In this document: positions 39,801-53,585 of the stretch, one piece after another
Layout of the letters: each line of letters begins with the position of its first letter
Position numbering within the stretch: position 1 is the first letter of the stretch
Source of the DNA: Stegostoma tigrinum
Lineage: Eukaryota
Reading direction: 5' to 3'
NCBI RefSeq assembly: GCF_030684315.1
Contig: NC_081397.1
Span: 10,750,421 to 10,814,420 of the forward strand
DNA length: 64,000 nucleotides
The notes under the pieces: model-generated
Databases searched by the model: none
What the model saw: the letters and a program-made list of their open reading frames with translations, nothing else
Told to the model about the DNA's origin: nothing
Position numbers and translations under genes: made by a program

Positions 39801-40960
39801 TAACTACATGGATTTTAGTAAGACATTTGATAAAGTACCATGCAGCAGATGAATCAGAAATAGAAAGGCTCATGGGATACAGAGCAATGTGTTAAATTGG
39901 AAGCAAAGTTGGCTCAGCAACAGGAATCAAATGGTCAATGGCTGCCCTTGTAAATGGAAAGCTGTTTCAAGTGGTGTTTCGCACAGCTCAGTGTTGGGAC
40001 CGCTGCTGTTTGTTTTATATGGTAACAACTTGGACTTGAACGTGTGGGTTACGATTGGGAAATTTTCAGCCAACACAAAAATTTATCAGTGTACTGGTAG
40101 TGCAGAGGATAACTGTCAGCTCCAAAATGATAGAGAAGGTTTGGTGGAAGGGGCAGATGAGTGGCACATGGAGTTCAACTCTGATAAATGTGAGGTAATG
40201 CATTTCAAGAGGTGAAAGGACATGAAATGGGAATACATGAGGTGGTGTGGAAATTGTAGATAAAGTGAGTGGTCTTGGTGTGCAAGTGTACTGGAGTGTG
40301 ACAATAGCAGTACAGGTGGATAAGGTTGTTAAACTAGGTATATAGAATGCTGTCCTTCTTTGACAGAGGTATGAAGCACGCAAGTAGGGCCAGAACGATG
40401 AAACTATATAAGACACTGGTGAGGCTGGAACTGATGTATTGTGTGCTGCTATGGTCACCACATTACAGCAAGATGTTATTGCTCTGGGTATATTGCAGAG
40501 AAGATTTACTGGAATGTTGCCAGGGCTGGAGAGTTGTAGCTATGAGGAATAATTGTAGAGGTTGAAGCTGTATTATTTTGAACAGTGAAAGCTGGGAGTG
40601 CCATGTTTGAGGCAATTGGGATGGGCAGAGATAGAGTCGACAGGGGGAATCTGTTTCCCTTGGCATAGAGTTTAAAACCATCGGGAGTTGATTAAGTGAA
40701 GTGGCAAGAGGATGAGAAATGATGGGAGAAAAACCATTTTTATGAGAGGGTGCTTATCTCAAATATGCTACCTGAGTTGCTGATAGCAGAGATTCTCAAC
40801 TCTTGTAAGAACATACCTGGACCTCCACATTAACTCTGTAAGCTGCAGGGCTATGGGATGTATGCAAGAAGATCGGATTATGATGGCCATTTTGGGGTGT
40901 TTGGGTCAGCATGGAGATGATGAGCTCAATGGCCACCTTCTGTGCTGTATAATTTAAATT
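39800..40960 (+). mobile_element. Decayed CR1 LINE
   Basis: MDFSKTFDKVP, SVLGPLLFVLY, LYKTLVRLELMYCV. Confidence 0.85.
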
Positions 40961-41387
40961 GATCAATAGTTCCTTATCATTTTGTCCCTGCCATTCTCTG
41001 CTGTGTAATTCATGAGTAATTACCAAAGACTTAGAGGGACACATTGATAACTACAGTCACACATTCACTAAGTAGGAACTAACATGAATAGATCAATAAC
41101 TAAACTCATATCCACTGACAAGCTTCCACTGGGGAGTTCCAGTCATGGAGCTGTACAGGTATCATTTACTTTGAGGACCTCATTCAAATGGTGTTGAAGT
41201 TTTTAGAAATGATCAGACAAGGAGCAGCTCAGGGCTAGATTGGACCAAGACCCATAGTTATGTCAGAATTCCTAGTGATATTAAAATATCCAAATGATTA
41301 TTAACTAAATGTTGTGTTGATCAGTTAAACATTGTCAAACCCAACTGATGCTGGTTTACACGAACTATCTCTTCTGTTTTCCTGCAG

Positions 41388-41469
41388 AAAAACACTTGAA
41401 GGACCAAGACAAAGTAAGATTTCTTCAGTACAATGGCAAGTGTGACCAGATCCTTCTGACAAACAGCAG
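41388..41469 (+). other. Cryptic 82-nt exon, copy E (open frame)
   Basis: cttctgttttcctgcAG|AAAAACAC...AACAGCAG|GTATGT; KHLKDQDKVRFLQYNGKCDQILLTNS. Confidence 0.55.
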
Positions 41470-41799
41470 GTATGTTCCCACTGTCAGAACATCCTTTCCA
41501 CAGTCACAGAGCAGATTGAGTCAGACACACAGTGAGCTTAATTTCCAACAGATATGTTCAAACAAACAGTAAAACGACGTCGAGGAAACGAAACTTTATT
41601 TTTCTTATCTCTCCATTCCAAATGCACAGTTCCAACAAATTTCAGAATTCATCACCCATTGACTTTTACACCATTTTGAAGATGGATAGACTGAAATTAT
41701 ACACTCAGTATCTGAATGAAATCCACGTAAAATTACTCTCATAGCAACTATCACATAATGAGTCACACCTCCACCGATAATATTCCAGGCTGCTGACAA

Positions 41800-42590
41800 T
41801 TAAGCCAGTTTTACAAGTAGAAAATGACCGGTATGGATTGATACCTAACCTCACTCATTTGTATTGCAAATGCTTATGAAAAAAAAATGATGACGAGACT
41901 CACATTGACATTGCAGAAACGGACAGCTAAAGATTAATAAAGATATTCACACATTCACATCATAGCAACTGGTATGCACACGTTCGTAAACAACACTCAC
42001 ATTCACATAGCAAACTGACAGCAACTTAACGGTAACTACTTTCACATATCCACATAGCAGAAACTGGCAGCTCCATATTGATGACAACTCCCAATTTCAT
42101 AGACCACAAAGTGACAGGTACAGATTTGTAACTGCAATCACATATCCACAGATTAAAAAAATACTGACTGTTACAGTTTGATGACTATACTCAAATATTC
42201 ACAACGTATATTCCCACAGGTACACATTGATAACTTTACTGGCAAATTATGAGGTACTGACAGGTACAGGTGCTCGACATGCACATATCCATACGTAAGA
42301 AATTGATAGGAACTGATTGACGATAACCTTAGAGATAGCAAGAGCTGCAGATACTGGAGTCAGCCTTCCCAGTTTTACAAAGCATTAGCTGACAGGTACG
42401 GTTTGGTAACTACTCTCATATTCACAGAGTAGAAGCCGACAGGCTGTTATTGATAGCTGCACACATGGTCACCAAGCAGAAACTCAGAGATTGATAACAG
42501 TGACATTGAAATTGCAGAAACTGGCGGCTACCCATTGATAACTGCTGTTACACTTGCATTGCAGGAACCGTTGGGGTCAGATTAATAACC
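41800..42590 (+). repeat. ~49-bp degenerate satellite array
   Basis: Repeated gcagaaactg...gataac...cacattcaca. Confidence 0.8.
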
Positions 42591-43245
42591 ATGCTGTTGT
42601 TGAATTGCTTGACAAGCTTGTTGTTGCTTGTTTACAGACATTTTGTCACCATACGACATAATACCTTCAGTGCACCTCTGGTGATGCATTGCTGTTGTGT
42701 CCTGCTGGCTGTTTATGTGCCGCAGTTTGCTGGGGTGGCTGACATCACTGCCGGATTTGTTTCTCAGTGGTTGGTATATGGGATCCTGCTCTATGCATTT
42801 GCTAATGGCATTCCAGTTTGAATATCAGGCCTCCAGGAATTCTCATGCATGTCTTTGGTTGACTTGTCCTCAGATGACTATGTTGTCCCAGTCAAATCGG
42901 TGTCCCACTTCGTCCATGTGTATTGAGATGAGTGATAGTTGGCCATGTCTCTTGGTAACTAGATGGTGTTTATGAATTGTGATGTCTAGCTTCCTACCAG
43001 TTTGGCCTTTGTAATGTTTTTGGCATCTGTCCACGATATCTCGCAAATAACGTTGGTTCTGTCAGTTATGGTTGTTGGATCGGGGTAATATGGTGGTCAT
43101 TTCTGATATGTTTTTCATGTATGGTGGGGAGACCAGTGTCTCTGGATGTGTTGTGTTATCCATTTGTCGTCTGTTGTGCAGGTGTTGAAGGACTACGCTT
43201 TTCAGGTAACCCCGTCATTTCTGTAGACACTGTATCAGTGTTCTT
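42590..43245 (-). mobile_element. Decayed Penelope (GIY-YIG C-terminus) fragment
   Basis: Minus strand HYKGQTGRKL and EFLEA...DPIYQPLRNKSG; same family as the 58340-58450 spacer. Confidence 0.7.
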
Positions 43246-46200
43246 ACATAGAACATTACTGCACAGTACAGGCCCATCAGCCCTCGATGTTGTGCCAACC
43301 TGTCATACCGATCTGAAGCCCATCTAACCTACAATATTCCATGCACGTCCATATGTTATCCAATGATGACTTAAATGTACCTAAAGTTGGCGAATCTACT
43401 ACCGTTGCAGGCAAAGCGTTCCATTCCCTTACAACTCTCTGAGTAAAGAAACTACCTCTGACATCTGTCCTGTATCTTTCACCCCTCAATTTAAAACTAT
43501 GCCCCCTCATGCTCGCTGTCACCATCCTAGGAAAAAGGCTCTCCCTATCCACTCTATCTAACCCTCTGATTATTTTATGTGTTTCAATTAAGTCACCTCT
43601 CAACCTTCTTCTCTCCAATGAAAACAGCCTCAGGTCTCTCAGCCTTTCCTCGTAAGACCTTCCCTCCATACCAGGCAACATCCCAGTAAATCTGCTCTGC
43701 ACCCTTTCCAAAGCTTCCACATCCTTCTTATAATGCGGTGACCAGAACTGTACTCAGTACTCCAAGTGCGGCTGCACCAGAGTTTTGTGCAGCTGCAGCA
43801 TAACCTCTTCGTTCCAGAACTCGATCCCTCTATTAATAAAAGCTAAAACACTGTATGCCTTCTTAACAGCCCTGTCAACCTGGGTGGCAACTTTCAAGGA
43901 TCTGTGTACGTGGACACCGAGATCGTTCTGCTCATCGCCACTACCAAGAATCTTACCCCAGTACTTTGCCTTCTGGTTACTCCTACCAAAGTGCATCACC
44001 TCACACTTGTCTGCATTAAACTCCATTTGCCACCTCTCAGCCCAGCTCTGCAGCTTATCTATGTCTCTCTGCAACCTACAGCATCCTTCGTCACTATCTT
44101 CAACTCCGCCGACCTTGGTGTCGTCCGCAAATTTACTAACACATCCTTCTACGCCCTCATCCAGGTCATTTATAAAAATGACAAACAGCAGTGGACCCAA
44201 CACCGACCCTTGCGGTACACCTCTAGTAACTGCTGTCCAGGATGAACATTTCCCATCAACTACCACCCTCTGTCTTCTTTCAGCAGGCCAATTTCCGATC
44301 CAAACTGCTATATCTCCCACAATTCCATTCCTCCGCATTTTGTACAATAGCCTACTGTGGGGAACCTTATTGAATGTCTTGCTGAAATCCAACACATCAA
44401 CAGGTTTACTCTCATCTACCTGTTTGGTCACCTTCTCAAAGAACTCAATAAGATTTGTGAGGCACGCCTTTCCCTTCACAAAACCGTGCTGACTATCCCT
44501 AATCAATTTATTCTTTTCTAGATGATTATAAATCCTATCCCTTATAATCTTTCTAACACGTTGCCAATACCTGAGGTAAGGCTCACTGATCTATAATTAT
44601 CAGGGTTGTCTCTACTCCCCTTCTTGAACAGGGGAACCACATTTGCTATCCTCCAGTCATCTGGCACTATTCCTGCAGACAATGACGAGTTAAAGATCAA
44701 CGTTAAAGGCTCGGCAATCTCCTCCCTGGCTTCCCAGAGGATCCTCAGATAAATGCCATCCGGCCCAGAGGACTTATCTATCGTCACCCTCTGTAGGATT
44801 TCTAATACCTCTTCCTTGTGAACCTCAATCCCACCCAGTCTAATAGCCTGTATCTCAGTATTCTCCTCGACAACATTGCTGTTTTCAGGAGTGAATACTG
44901 TTGAAAAATATGCATTGAGTGCTTCCCCTATCTCCTCTGACTCCCCACACAATCTACCGCTACTATCCTTGATTGGCCCTCATCTTACTTTTGTCATTCT
45001 TTTATTCCTTAAATACCTATAGAAAGCCTTAGGGCTTACCCTGATCCTATCCGCCAACAACTTCTCATGTCTCCTCCTGGCTCTTCTGAGCTCTCTCTTT
45101 AGGTCTTTCCTGGCTACCCCGTAGCCCTCAAGCACTCTAACTGAGCCTTCACATCTTATCCTAACATAAGTCTTCTTCTTCCTCTTTACCAGAGATTCCA
45201 CCTCCTTCATAAACCACGGCTCCCGCGCCGTACAGCTTCCTCCCTGACTGACAGGTACATACTTATGTAGGACACACAGGAGGTTTTCCTTGAATAAACT
45301 CCACATTTCTAATGTGCCCATCCCCTGCAGTTTCCTTCCCCATCCTATGCTCCCTAAATCTTGCCTTATCTCATCGTAATTGCCTTTCCCCCAGCTATAA
45401 CTCTTGCCGAGTGGTATACACATATCCTTTTCCATCACTAAAGTAAACATAACAGAATTGTGATCGCTATCACTGAAGTGCTCACCTACTTCCAAATCCA
45501 ACACCTGGTCGGGCTCTTGCCCAGTACCAAATCTAATGTGGCTTCGCCCCTTGTTGGCCTATCTACATACTGTGTCAGGAAGCCCTCCTGCACACACTGG
45601 ACAAAAACTGACCCATCTATAGTAATTGAACTATAGTGTTCCCAGTCAATATTTGGAAAGTTGAAGTCCCCCATGACAACGACCCAGTCTCTCTCACTCC
45701 TATCGAGAATCATCTTTGCTATCCTTTCCTCTACATCTCTGGAACTATTCGGAGGCCTATAGGAAACTCCCAACAGGGTGACCTCTCCTTTCCTGTTTCT
45801 AACCTCAGCCCATACTACCTCAGTTGATGAGTCCCCAAACATGCTTTCTGCAACTGTAATCCTTGACCAACAATGCCACACCTCCCTCATTTTACCATCT
45901 TCTCTGTTCTTACTGAAACATCTAAATCCCGGAACCTGCAACAACCATTCCTGTCCCTGCTCTATCCATGTCTCTGAAATGGCCACAACATTGAAGTCCC
46001 AGGTACTAACCTATGCTGCAAGTTCACCCACCTTATTCCGGACGCTCCTGGCGTTGAAGTAGACACACTTCAAAGCAACTTCTTGCTTGCCGGCGCCATC
46101 TTGCATCCCTGAAACTTTATTTCTGACCTCCCTACTCTCAACCTTTTCTATCCTCAACCTACAATTTTGGTTCCCATCCCCCTGCTGAATTAGCTTAAAC

Positions 46201-46530
46201 CCACCCGAATAGGCTGAGCAAATTTTGCCCCCAGGAGATTGGTACCCCTCTGGTTCAGGTGAAGACCATCTTCCTTGTAGAGGTCCCACCTACCCCAGAA
46301 AGAGCCCCAATTATCCAAGAATCCAAAACCCACCCTCCTGCACCATCCCTGTAGCCACGTGTTCAACTCCTCTCTCTCCCTATTCCTCGCCTCACTAGCA
46401 CATGGCACGGGCAACAAACCAGAGACGACAACTCTGTTCGTCCTAGCTCTCAGCTTCCATCCTAGCTCCCTGAATTTCTGCCTTAAATCCCCATCTCTCT
46501 TCCTACCTATGTCGTTGGTGCCAATGTGCT
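43246..46530 (-). mobile_element. Long CR1/HER1-like LINE: ORF1 esterase end, APE endonuclease, RT (disrupted)
   Basis: DGLHLNQRG (SGNH esterase), ISETW, YRPP, MGDFN, GVPQGSVLGP, KFADD. Confidence 0.95.
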
Positions 46531-46729
46531 TCCTCGGCTTTACGCAGCTCTGGATGCTGCAGTGTGTTATGGCTCACTTGAACAGTGTTTTGATGCAGCT
46601 CCATTAGTGGGGATTGGCGTGATTGCAGTTGTAGTTGAGTACCTGATCAGTATGTATTAAAAACTGTAATAACTGCACTGTTAAGACTCTTGTAACTGAA
46701 ACTGACAGATACAGCTTGATGTGGAGTGC

Positions 46730-49700
46730 CTCCAAGATGGATTCTTGGAACAGCTGGTACTGGAACCTACCAGGGAGAAGGCAATTCTGGGTCTGGTGTT
46801 GTGCAATGAACCAGATTTGATGAGGGACTTCAAAGTAGAGGAGCCATGAGGAAGTAGTGACCATAACATGATAAGTTTTAATCTGCAATTTGAGAGGGAG
46901 AAGGGAGAATCGGAAGTGTCAGTATTGGCGTTGAACAAAGGGAACTATGGAGCTATGAGGGAGGAGCTGGCCAAAGTTCAATGGTTCAATACCCTCGCAG
47001 GGATGGCAGTGGAACAACAATGGCAGGTATTTCTGGATATAATGCAGAAGGTGCAGGATCCATTCATTCCAAAGAGGAAGAAAGATCCTATGGGGAGGCA
47101 GGGCCGGCCGTGGCTGGCAAGGGAAGTTAAGGACTGTATAATGATAAAAAAGAAGTAGTATAACATAGCAAAGATGAGCGGGAAGCCGGAGGACTGGGAC
47201 AGTTTTAAACACCAACAGAGGGTAACAAAAAAGGCAATACATGGAGAAAAAAATGAGGTACGAAGGCACACTGGCCAAAAATATAAGAGGATAGTAAAGG
47301 ACATCTGCCAATGTGGTATACTGCATCCACTGTACCCGGTGTGGCTCCCTCTACATTGGGGAAACCAAGCGGAGGCTTGGGGACCGCTTTGCAGAACACC
47401 TCCGCTCAGTTCGCAACAAACAACTGCACCTCCCAGTCGCAAACCATTTCCACTCCCCCTCCCATTCTTTCGATGACATGTCCATCATGGGCCTCCTGCA
47501 GAGCCACAATGATGCCACCCAAAGGTTGCAGGAACAGCAACTCATATTCCGCCTGGGAACCCTGCAGCCTAATGGTATCAATGTGGACTTCACTAGTTTC
47601 AAAATCTCCCCTTCCCCCACCGCATCCCTAAACCAGCCCAGTTCGTCCCCTCCCCCCACTGCACCACACAACCAGCCCAGCTCTTCCCCTCCACCCACTG
47701 CATCCCAAAACCAGTCCAACCAGTCTCTGCCTCCCTAACCTGTTCTTCCTCTCACCCATCCCTTCCTCCCACCCCAAGCCGCACCCCCATCTATCTACTA
47801 ACCTCATCCCACCTCCTTGACCTGTCCATCTTCCCTGGACTGACCTATCCCCTCCCTACCTCCCCACCTATACTCTCTCCACCTATCTTCTTTTCTCTCC
47901 ATCTTCGGTCCGCCTCCCCCTCTCTCCCTATTTATTCCAGAACCCTCACCCCATCCCCCTCTCGGATGAAAGGTCTAGGCCCGAAACGTCAGCTTTTGTG
48001 CTCCTGAGATGCTGCTTGGCCTGCTGTGTTTATCCAGCCTCACATTTTATTATCTTAATACAGAGGATAGTAAATGTTTTTTTAGGAATGTGAAAAGAAA
48101 AAAAATGGTTCAGACTAAAATTGGGCCCTTGAAGTCAGAAACGGGTGTATTTATTATGGGGAACAAGGAAACGGCAGAAGTTGAGTAGGTACTTTCCTTG
48201 TGTCTTCCCTAGTGAAGACAGATCGAATCTCCCAGATGTTATAGTGGCTGAAGGACCTAAGGTAATGGATGAACTGAAGGGAATTTATATTAGGCAGGAA
48301 ATGGTGTTGGATATATTGTTAGGTCTGAAGGCTGATATGTCCCTGAGACCTGATGGTCTGCGTCCCAGGGTACTTAAGGTGGTGGCTCCACAAATCGTGG
48401 ACGCATTGGTAATTATTTTCTAATATTCTATAGATTCAGGATCAGTTCCTGTGGATTGGAGGGTGGCTAATGTTGTCCCACTTTTCAAGAAAGGAGGGAA
48501 AGAGAAAATAGGGAATTATAGACCGTTAGCCTGAAGTCAGTGGTGGGAAAGATGCTGACGTCAATCATTAAGGAAGAAATTACGAACTATATGGATAGCA
48601 GTAACAGGATAGGGCAGAGTCAGCATGGATTTACAAAGGGGGAAATCGTGCTTGACTAATCTTCTGGACTTTTTTGAGGATGTAACTATGAAGATGGACA
48701 AGGTAGAGCCAGTGGATGTAGTGTACCTGGACTTTCAGAAGGCCTTTGATAAAGTCCCACATAGGAGATTAATGAGCAGAATTCGGGCACATGGTATTGG
48801 GGGCAAAATACTGGCTTGGATTGAAAATTGGCTGGCTGACAGGAAGCAAAGAGTAGTGATAAACGTGTCCCTTTCGGAATGACAGGCAGTGACCAGCGGC
48901 GTTCCACAAGGTTCGGTGCTGGGACCGCAGCGGTTTACAATATACATTAATGATACAGATGAAGGCATTAAAAGTAATATTAGCAAATTTGCTGATGACA
49001 CAAAGCTGGGTGGCAGGATGAAATGTGAGGAAGATGTTATGAGAATACAGGTGACTTGGACAGGCTAGGTGAGTGGACGGATGCATGGCAGATGCAGTTT
49101 TATGTGGATAAATGTGTGGTTATCCACTTTGGTGGCAAGAACAGAAAGGCAGATTACGATCTAAATGGAGTCAAGTTAGGTAAAGGGGAAGTTCAACGAG
49201 ATCTGGGTGTTCTTGTACATCAGTCAATGAAAGCAAGCATGCAGGTGCAGCAGGCAGTGAAGAAAGCTAATAGCATGCTGGCCTTCATAACAAGAGGAAT
49301 TGAGTATAGAAGCAAAGAGGTCCTTCTGCAGCTGTACAGGGCCCTGGTGAGACCGCACCTGGAGTATTGTGTGCCGTTTTGGTCTCCAATTTTGAGGAAG
49401 GACATTCTGGCTATTGAGGGAGTGCAGCGTAGGTTCACAAGGTTAATTCCCAGAATGGCAGGACTATCATATGTTGAAAGATTGGAGTGACTGGGCTTGT
49501 GTACACGAGTTTAGGAGGATGAGAGGGAATCTGAGTGAGATGTATAAAATTATTAAGGGTTTGGACACTCTGGAGGCAGGAAACATGTTTCTGTTGATGG
49601 GGGAGTCCAGAACCAGAGGACACAGTTTAAAAATAAGAGGTAGGCCATTTAGAACAGAGTTGAGGAGAAATGTCTTCACCCAGAAAGTGGTGGATGTATG

Positions 49701-49915
49701 GAATGCTCTGCCCCAGAAGGCAGTGGAGGCCAAGTCTCTGGATAGTTTCATGAAAGGGACAGATAGAGCTCTTAAAGATAGTGGAATTAAGGATTATGGG
49801 GATAAGGCAGGAACAGCATACTGATTGTGGATGATCAGCCATGATCATAATGAATGGTGGTATTAGCTTGAAGGGCCGAATGGCCTACTCCTGCACCTAT
49901 CGTCTGTTGTCTAAA
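46730..49915 (+). mobile_element. CR1 LINE (ORF2, disrupted) with a nested Penelope
   Basis: SDHNMI, YLDFQKAFDKVPH, KFADD, LVRPHLEYCV. Confidence 0.93.
47299..48056 (+). mobile_element. Penelope 3' fragment inserted in the CR1, with TSD
   Basis: AGAGGATAGTAAA at 47286-47298 and 48062-48074; VYCIHCTRCGSLYIGETKRRL. Confidence 0.92.
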
Positions 49916-52740
49916 CATTCACACAGCAAAAGAGTGTCGTGGATAGACTGATAATTTCAGTCACATATTCACTTAGTAGAAACTGACTGAAAGAGAATGA
50001 CATCTATACTCAGGTACCCAGAGAGCAGAAACTGACAGGAACAGGTTGATGATAACACTGACATGTATAGGGTGATCCCTACACTCTCTCATTCCAATTG
50101 CATTAACTGAGTGGTACAGATTGATTCCTGCACTCTCACATTGACACAACAGAAAGTGGCAGAGACAGACAGATAACTGCATTCATTCACGCAGCACAAA
50201 TTGTGAGGACGAGGTTGACAACATACACTGTCACATTCACAGAGCAGAAACTGACAGCTGCAAAGTAAATCTGCTCTCAGACATTCACAAAGCAGAAACT
50301 GAAAGGCCCATTTAGATACCCTCACTCTCCGTTTCACACAGCTTAAATGGACAAAATAAAAATGGAAAGAACTACGGATGCTCCCCCCGCAGTGGTCGAG
50401 AATGACCTCATAGCCTCACCCTGCCCCCGCAATAACTGCCAAAAGAGAATCCCCCTTCGTCCTCACTTACCACCCCACCAACGTCTGGATACAATACATC
50501 ATCCACTGACACTTGCACCATCTACGATTCGACCCCACCACCAAAGACATTTTTCCTTCCCCACCCTTGTCTGCCATCCGGAGAGACCACTCTCCGCGAC
50601 TCCCTTGTCTGCTCCACACTCTCCTCCAACCCCACCAGACCTGGCGCTTTCCCCTGCAACAGCAGGAAGTGCTGCACTTGCCCCCACACATCCTCCCTCA
50701 CCCGCATCCCAGGCCCCAAGATGACCTTCCGCATCAAGCAGATGTTCACCTGCCCATCCGTCAATGTGGTATACTGCATCCGCTGTACCCGTTGTGGCTA
50801 CCTCCACATTGGGGAAACCAAGCGGAGGCTTGGTGGCCGCTTTGCAGAACACCTACACTCGGTTTGCCAATAACAACTGGACCTCCCAGTCGCAAACCAT
50901 TTCAACTCCCCATCCCAATCCTTAGACAACACGTCCATCCTGGGCATCCTGCAGTGCCATAACAATGCGTAGGTTGCAGGAACAGCAACTCATACTCCGC
51001 TTGGGAACCCTGCAGCCTAATGGTATCGATGTGGATTTCACCAGCTGCAAAATCTCCCCTCCCCCCACTATATCCGAAACCAGCCCAGCTCATCCCCGCC
51101 TGCCGAACCTGTTCTTCCTCTCACCTATTCCCTCCTCCTACCTCATGCCGAACCTCCATTTCCTACCTCCTAACCTCATCCCGCCCCCTTGACATGTCCG
51201 TCCTCCTCAGACTGACCTATCCCCTCCCTACCTCCCCACTCAAACTCTCCTCTCCACCTATCTTCTCCTCTGTCCATCTTCAGTCCACCTCCCCCTCTGT
51301 CTCCCTATCTCTTTCAGAATCCTTCTCCCTCTCCCCCTTTTTCTGATGAAGGGTCTAGGCTCGAGATGTCAGCTTTCATGCTCCTAAGATGCTGCTTGGC
51401 CTGCTGTGTTCATCCAGCCCCACACCTTTTTATTTGCGGATGCTGTAAATCGGGAACAAAAACCAAGCTGCTGGAAAAGCTCAGCAGGTCTGGCAGCATC
51501 TGTGAGGGAGAAAATAGAGTTAACATTTCAGGTCCAGTGGACAGATCGATAACTAAACTCACATCTTCACATTGAGGAATCTTTGAGCAAGAGTCTGATA
51601 ATTACAGTCATACATTCACAGAACAGGAACTCACAGGCATAGATTGATAACTAAACTCATATTTTAACATAGCAGAAACTGACTGGCATAGATTGGAAAC
51701 TGCATTCACATTATCTTGTCAGCTGCATCTAACATGTACAGATAGATAACTACACTCATACATTCACACTGTAAATACTGACAATGACAAACAGATAGCT
51801 TCAATCCCACCTATTGCATAGCAGAAACTGTCAGGAACAGATTGATAACTGCACTCAAATGTTGACACATCAGAAGCTGACCAGCACTGTTTAATATCCA
51901 AACTCTCATAATCACATACCAGAAAATGGCAGGTACAAATTGACAACCACACTCTCGCATCCACAGTCACAGAAACTGACAGGGAAAGAACTGATAAAAG
52001 CATTCAGACATTCACATCGCAGACCCTGGCAGAAATAGAGTGACAACTAAACTCTCACATTCTTATAACAGAAACTCATGGATAGACTTAAAATTTATTC
52101 ATCAAGCAGAACCTGACAGATACAGAGTGATAACTGCTGCCAAACATTCGCAGAGCACATATGAAAATAAACAAGTTGATAACTAAACACCCATTTTCAC
52201 GTGACAGGAGACTGATGGGGAAAAAATAGCACATACACTCACACATTCACGAGGCAAAGACAGATATGGACAGAATGATAACTACAATTACACGTTCATG
52301 CAGCAGAATCTTTCAGGAATGTGCTGATAATTGTACAAACAAACTGACTTAGGAGAAACTGACAGTCACAGATTTAAAACCACACTCTCGTTTTCACAAA
52401 CTAGAAAAACTGGCAGGTACTGCGTGACACCTGAACTCAAATAGTCACAGAACAAAAGTCTCCCAGGTACAGTGTGATAACTACATTCTCACATCTGCCG
52501 AACGGAAACTAAACTCACGTATTGACAGAGCAGAAATTGGCAGGTCCAGAGTACTGCCTGCACTCTTACATTGATACCACCGAATGGACATTTAGGTACG
52601 AGTAACAACACTCATGCATTTTCTTGGAGAAACTGTCAGGCATGGATTGAGAACTACACCCACACATTCACAGAGCACAGATTGAAAGGAACAGACTAAT
52701 AATGTCACACTTTCAGACAACAGAAATGATAGAGGCAGAT
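49915..52740 (+). repeat. ~49-bp degenerate satellite array interrupted by a Penelope
   Basis: Many gcagaaactgac...gataact...ctcacattcaca units at 49915-50350 and 51540-52740. Confidence 0.85.
50375..51540 (+). mobile_element. Penelope-like element 3' part plus pLTR pieces
   Basis: VVYCIRCTRCGYLHIGETKRRL; pLTR with CTGATGA at ~51343. Confidence 0.9.
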
Positions 52741-53585
52741 GACCTGAAATATCAAGGGACATTGAGGATCTGGTCAGGAAAGGGAAGAAGGCATACATTG
52801 GGTTTAAACTATCAGGCTCAAGTGAATCTGTAGATAACTATAAAGAGTGGAGAAGCACACATCAGAGGGAAATCAGAAGAGCAAAAGATGGCATGAAATG
52901 GATCTGGCAGAAAAGGTTATAGAGGCTCCATGGCTATATTAAGACTAAAAGCTTGGCTGGGGAAAGGAGGTCCCCTTAAAGATCAGGTTGGTAGTCCATG
53001 TGTGAAGCCACAGCAGAAGGGGAGGATTTTTAACGAATATTTCTCCTCAGTGTTTGCTGAGGAGAGAATCATGGATACTGAGGAAATAAGGGAAGGAAGT
53101 GGAGATATTTTGTACCGCACATATATGACCAGAGAGTGAGTGTTTGCAGCCTTAGATCATATTTAAGATGGATGAATTCCCAAGGCCTGATAAAGTCCAT
53201 CCTCAGATTTTGTGGGAAGCTCAGAAAGAAATTGCAGATGCCCTTCCCTTGCTGAGATTTTAGCCTCATTTTTAGCCACTGCTGAAGTTCTGGATACTGG
53301 AGGGTGGCTAATGTTTTCCATTGTTTAAGAGATGGAGCTAAGACAAGCCAGGGAACTTCCAGCCAGTGAGCCTAACATCAGCAGTAAGCAAGTTATTGGA
53401 GAGGATTCCGATTGACAGGATCAATGAACACAGTCAAGGTATGATTATGGATAGTCATCACGGATTTGTGTGCGGGAAGGCACATCTGACAAATTTTTGA
53501 GCTTTTCAAAGAGGGAACCAAGTGGAGGGCAGTGGATGTACTCTGTATGGACTTTAGTAAGGCCTTTGACAAGGTCCTGCACGGC
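52735..53585 (+). mobile_element. CR1 ORF2 fragment, 3'-truncated at the Tx1 junction
   Basis: Ends in MDFSKAFDKV. Confidence 0.8.
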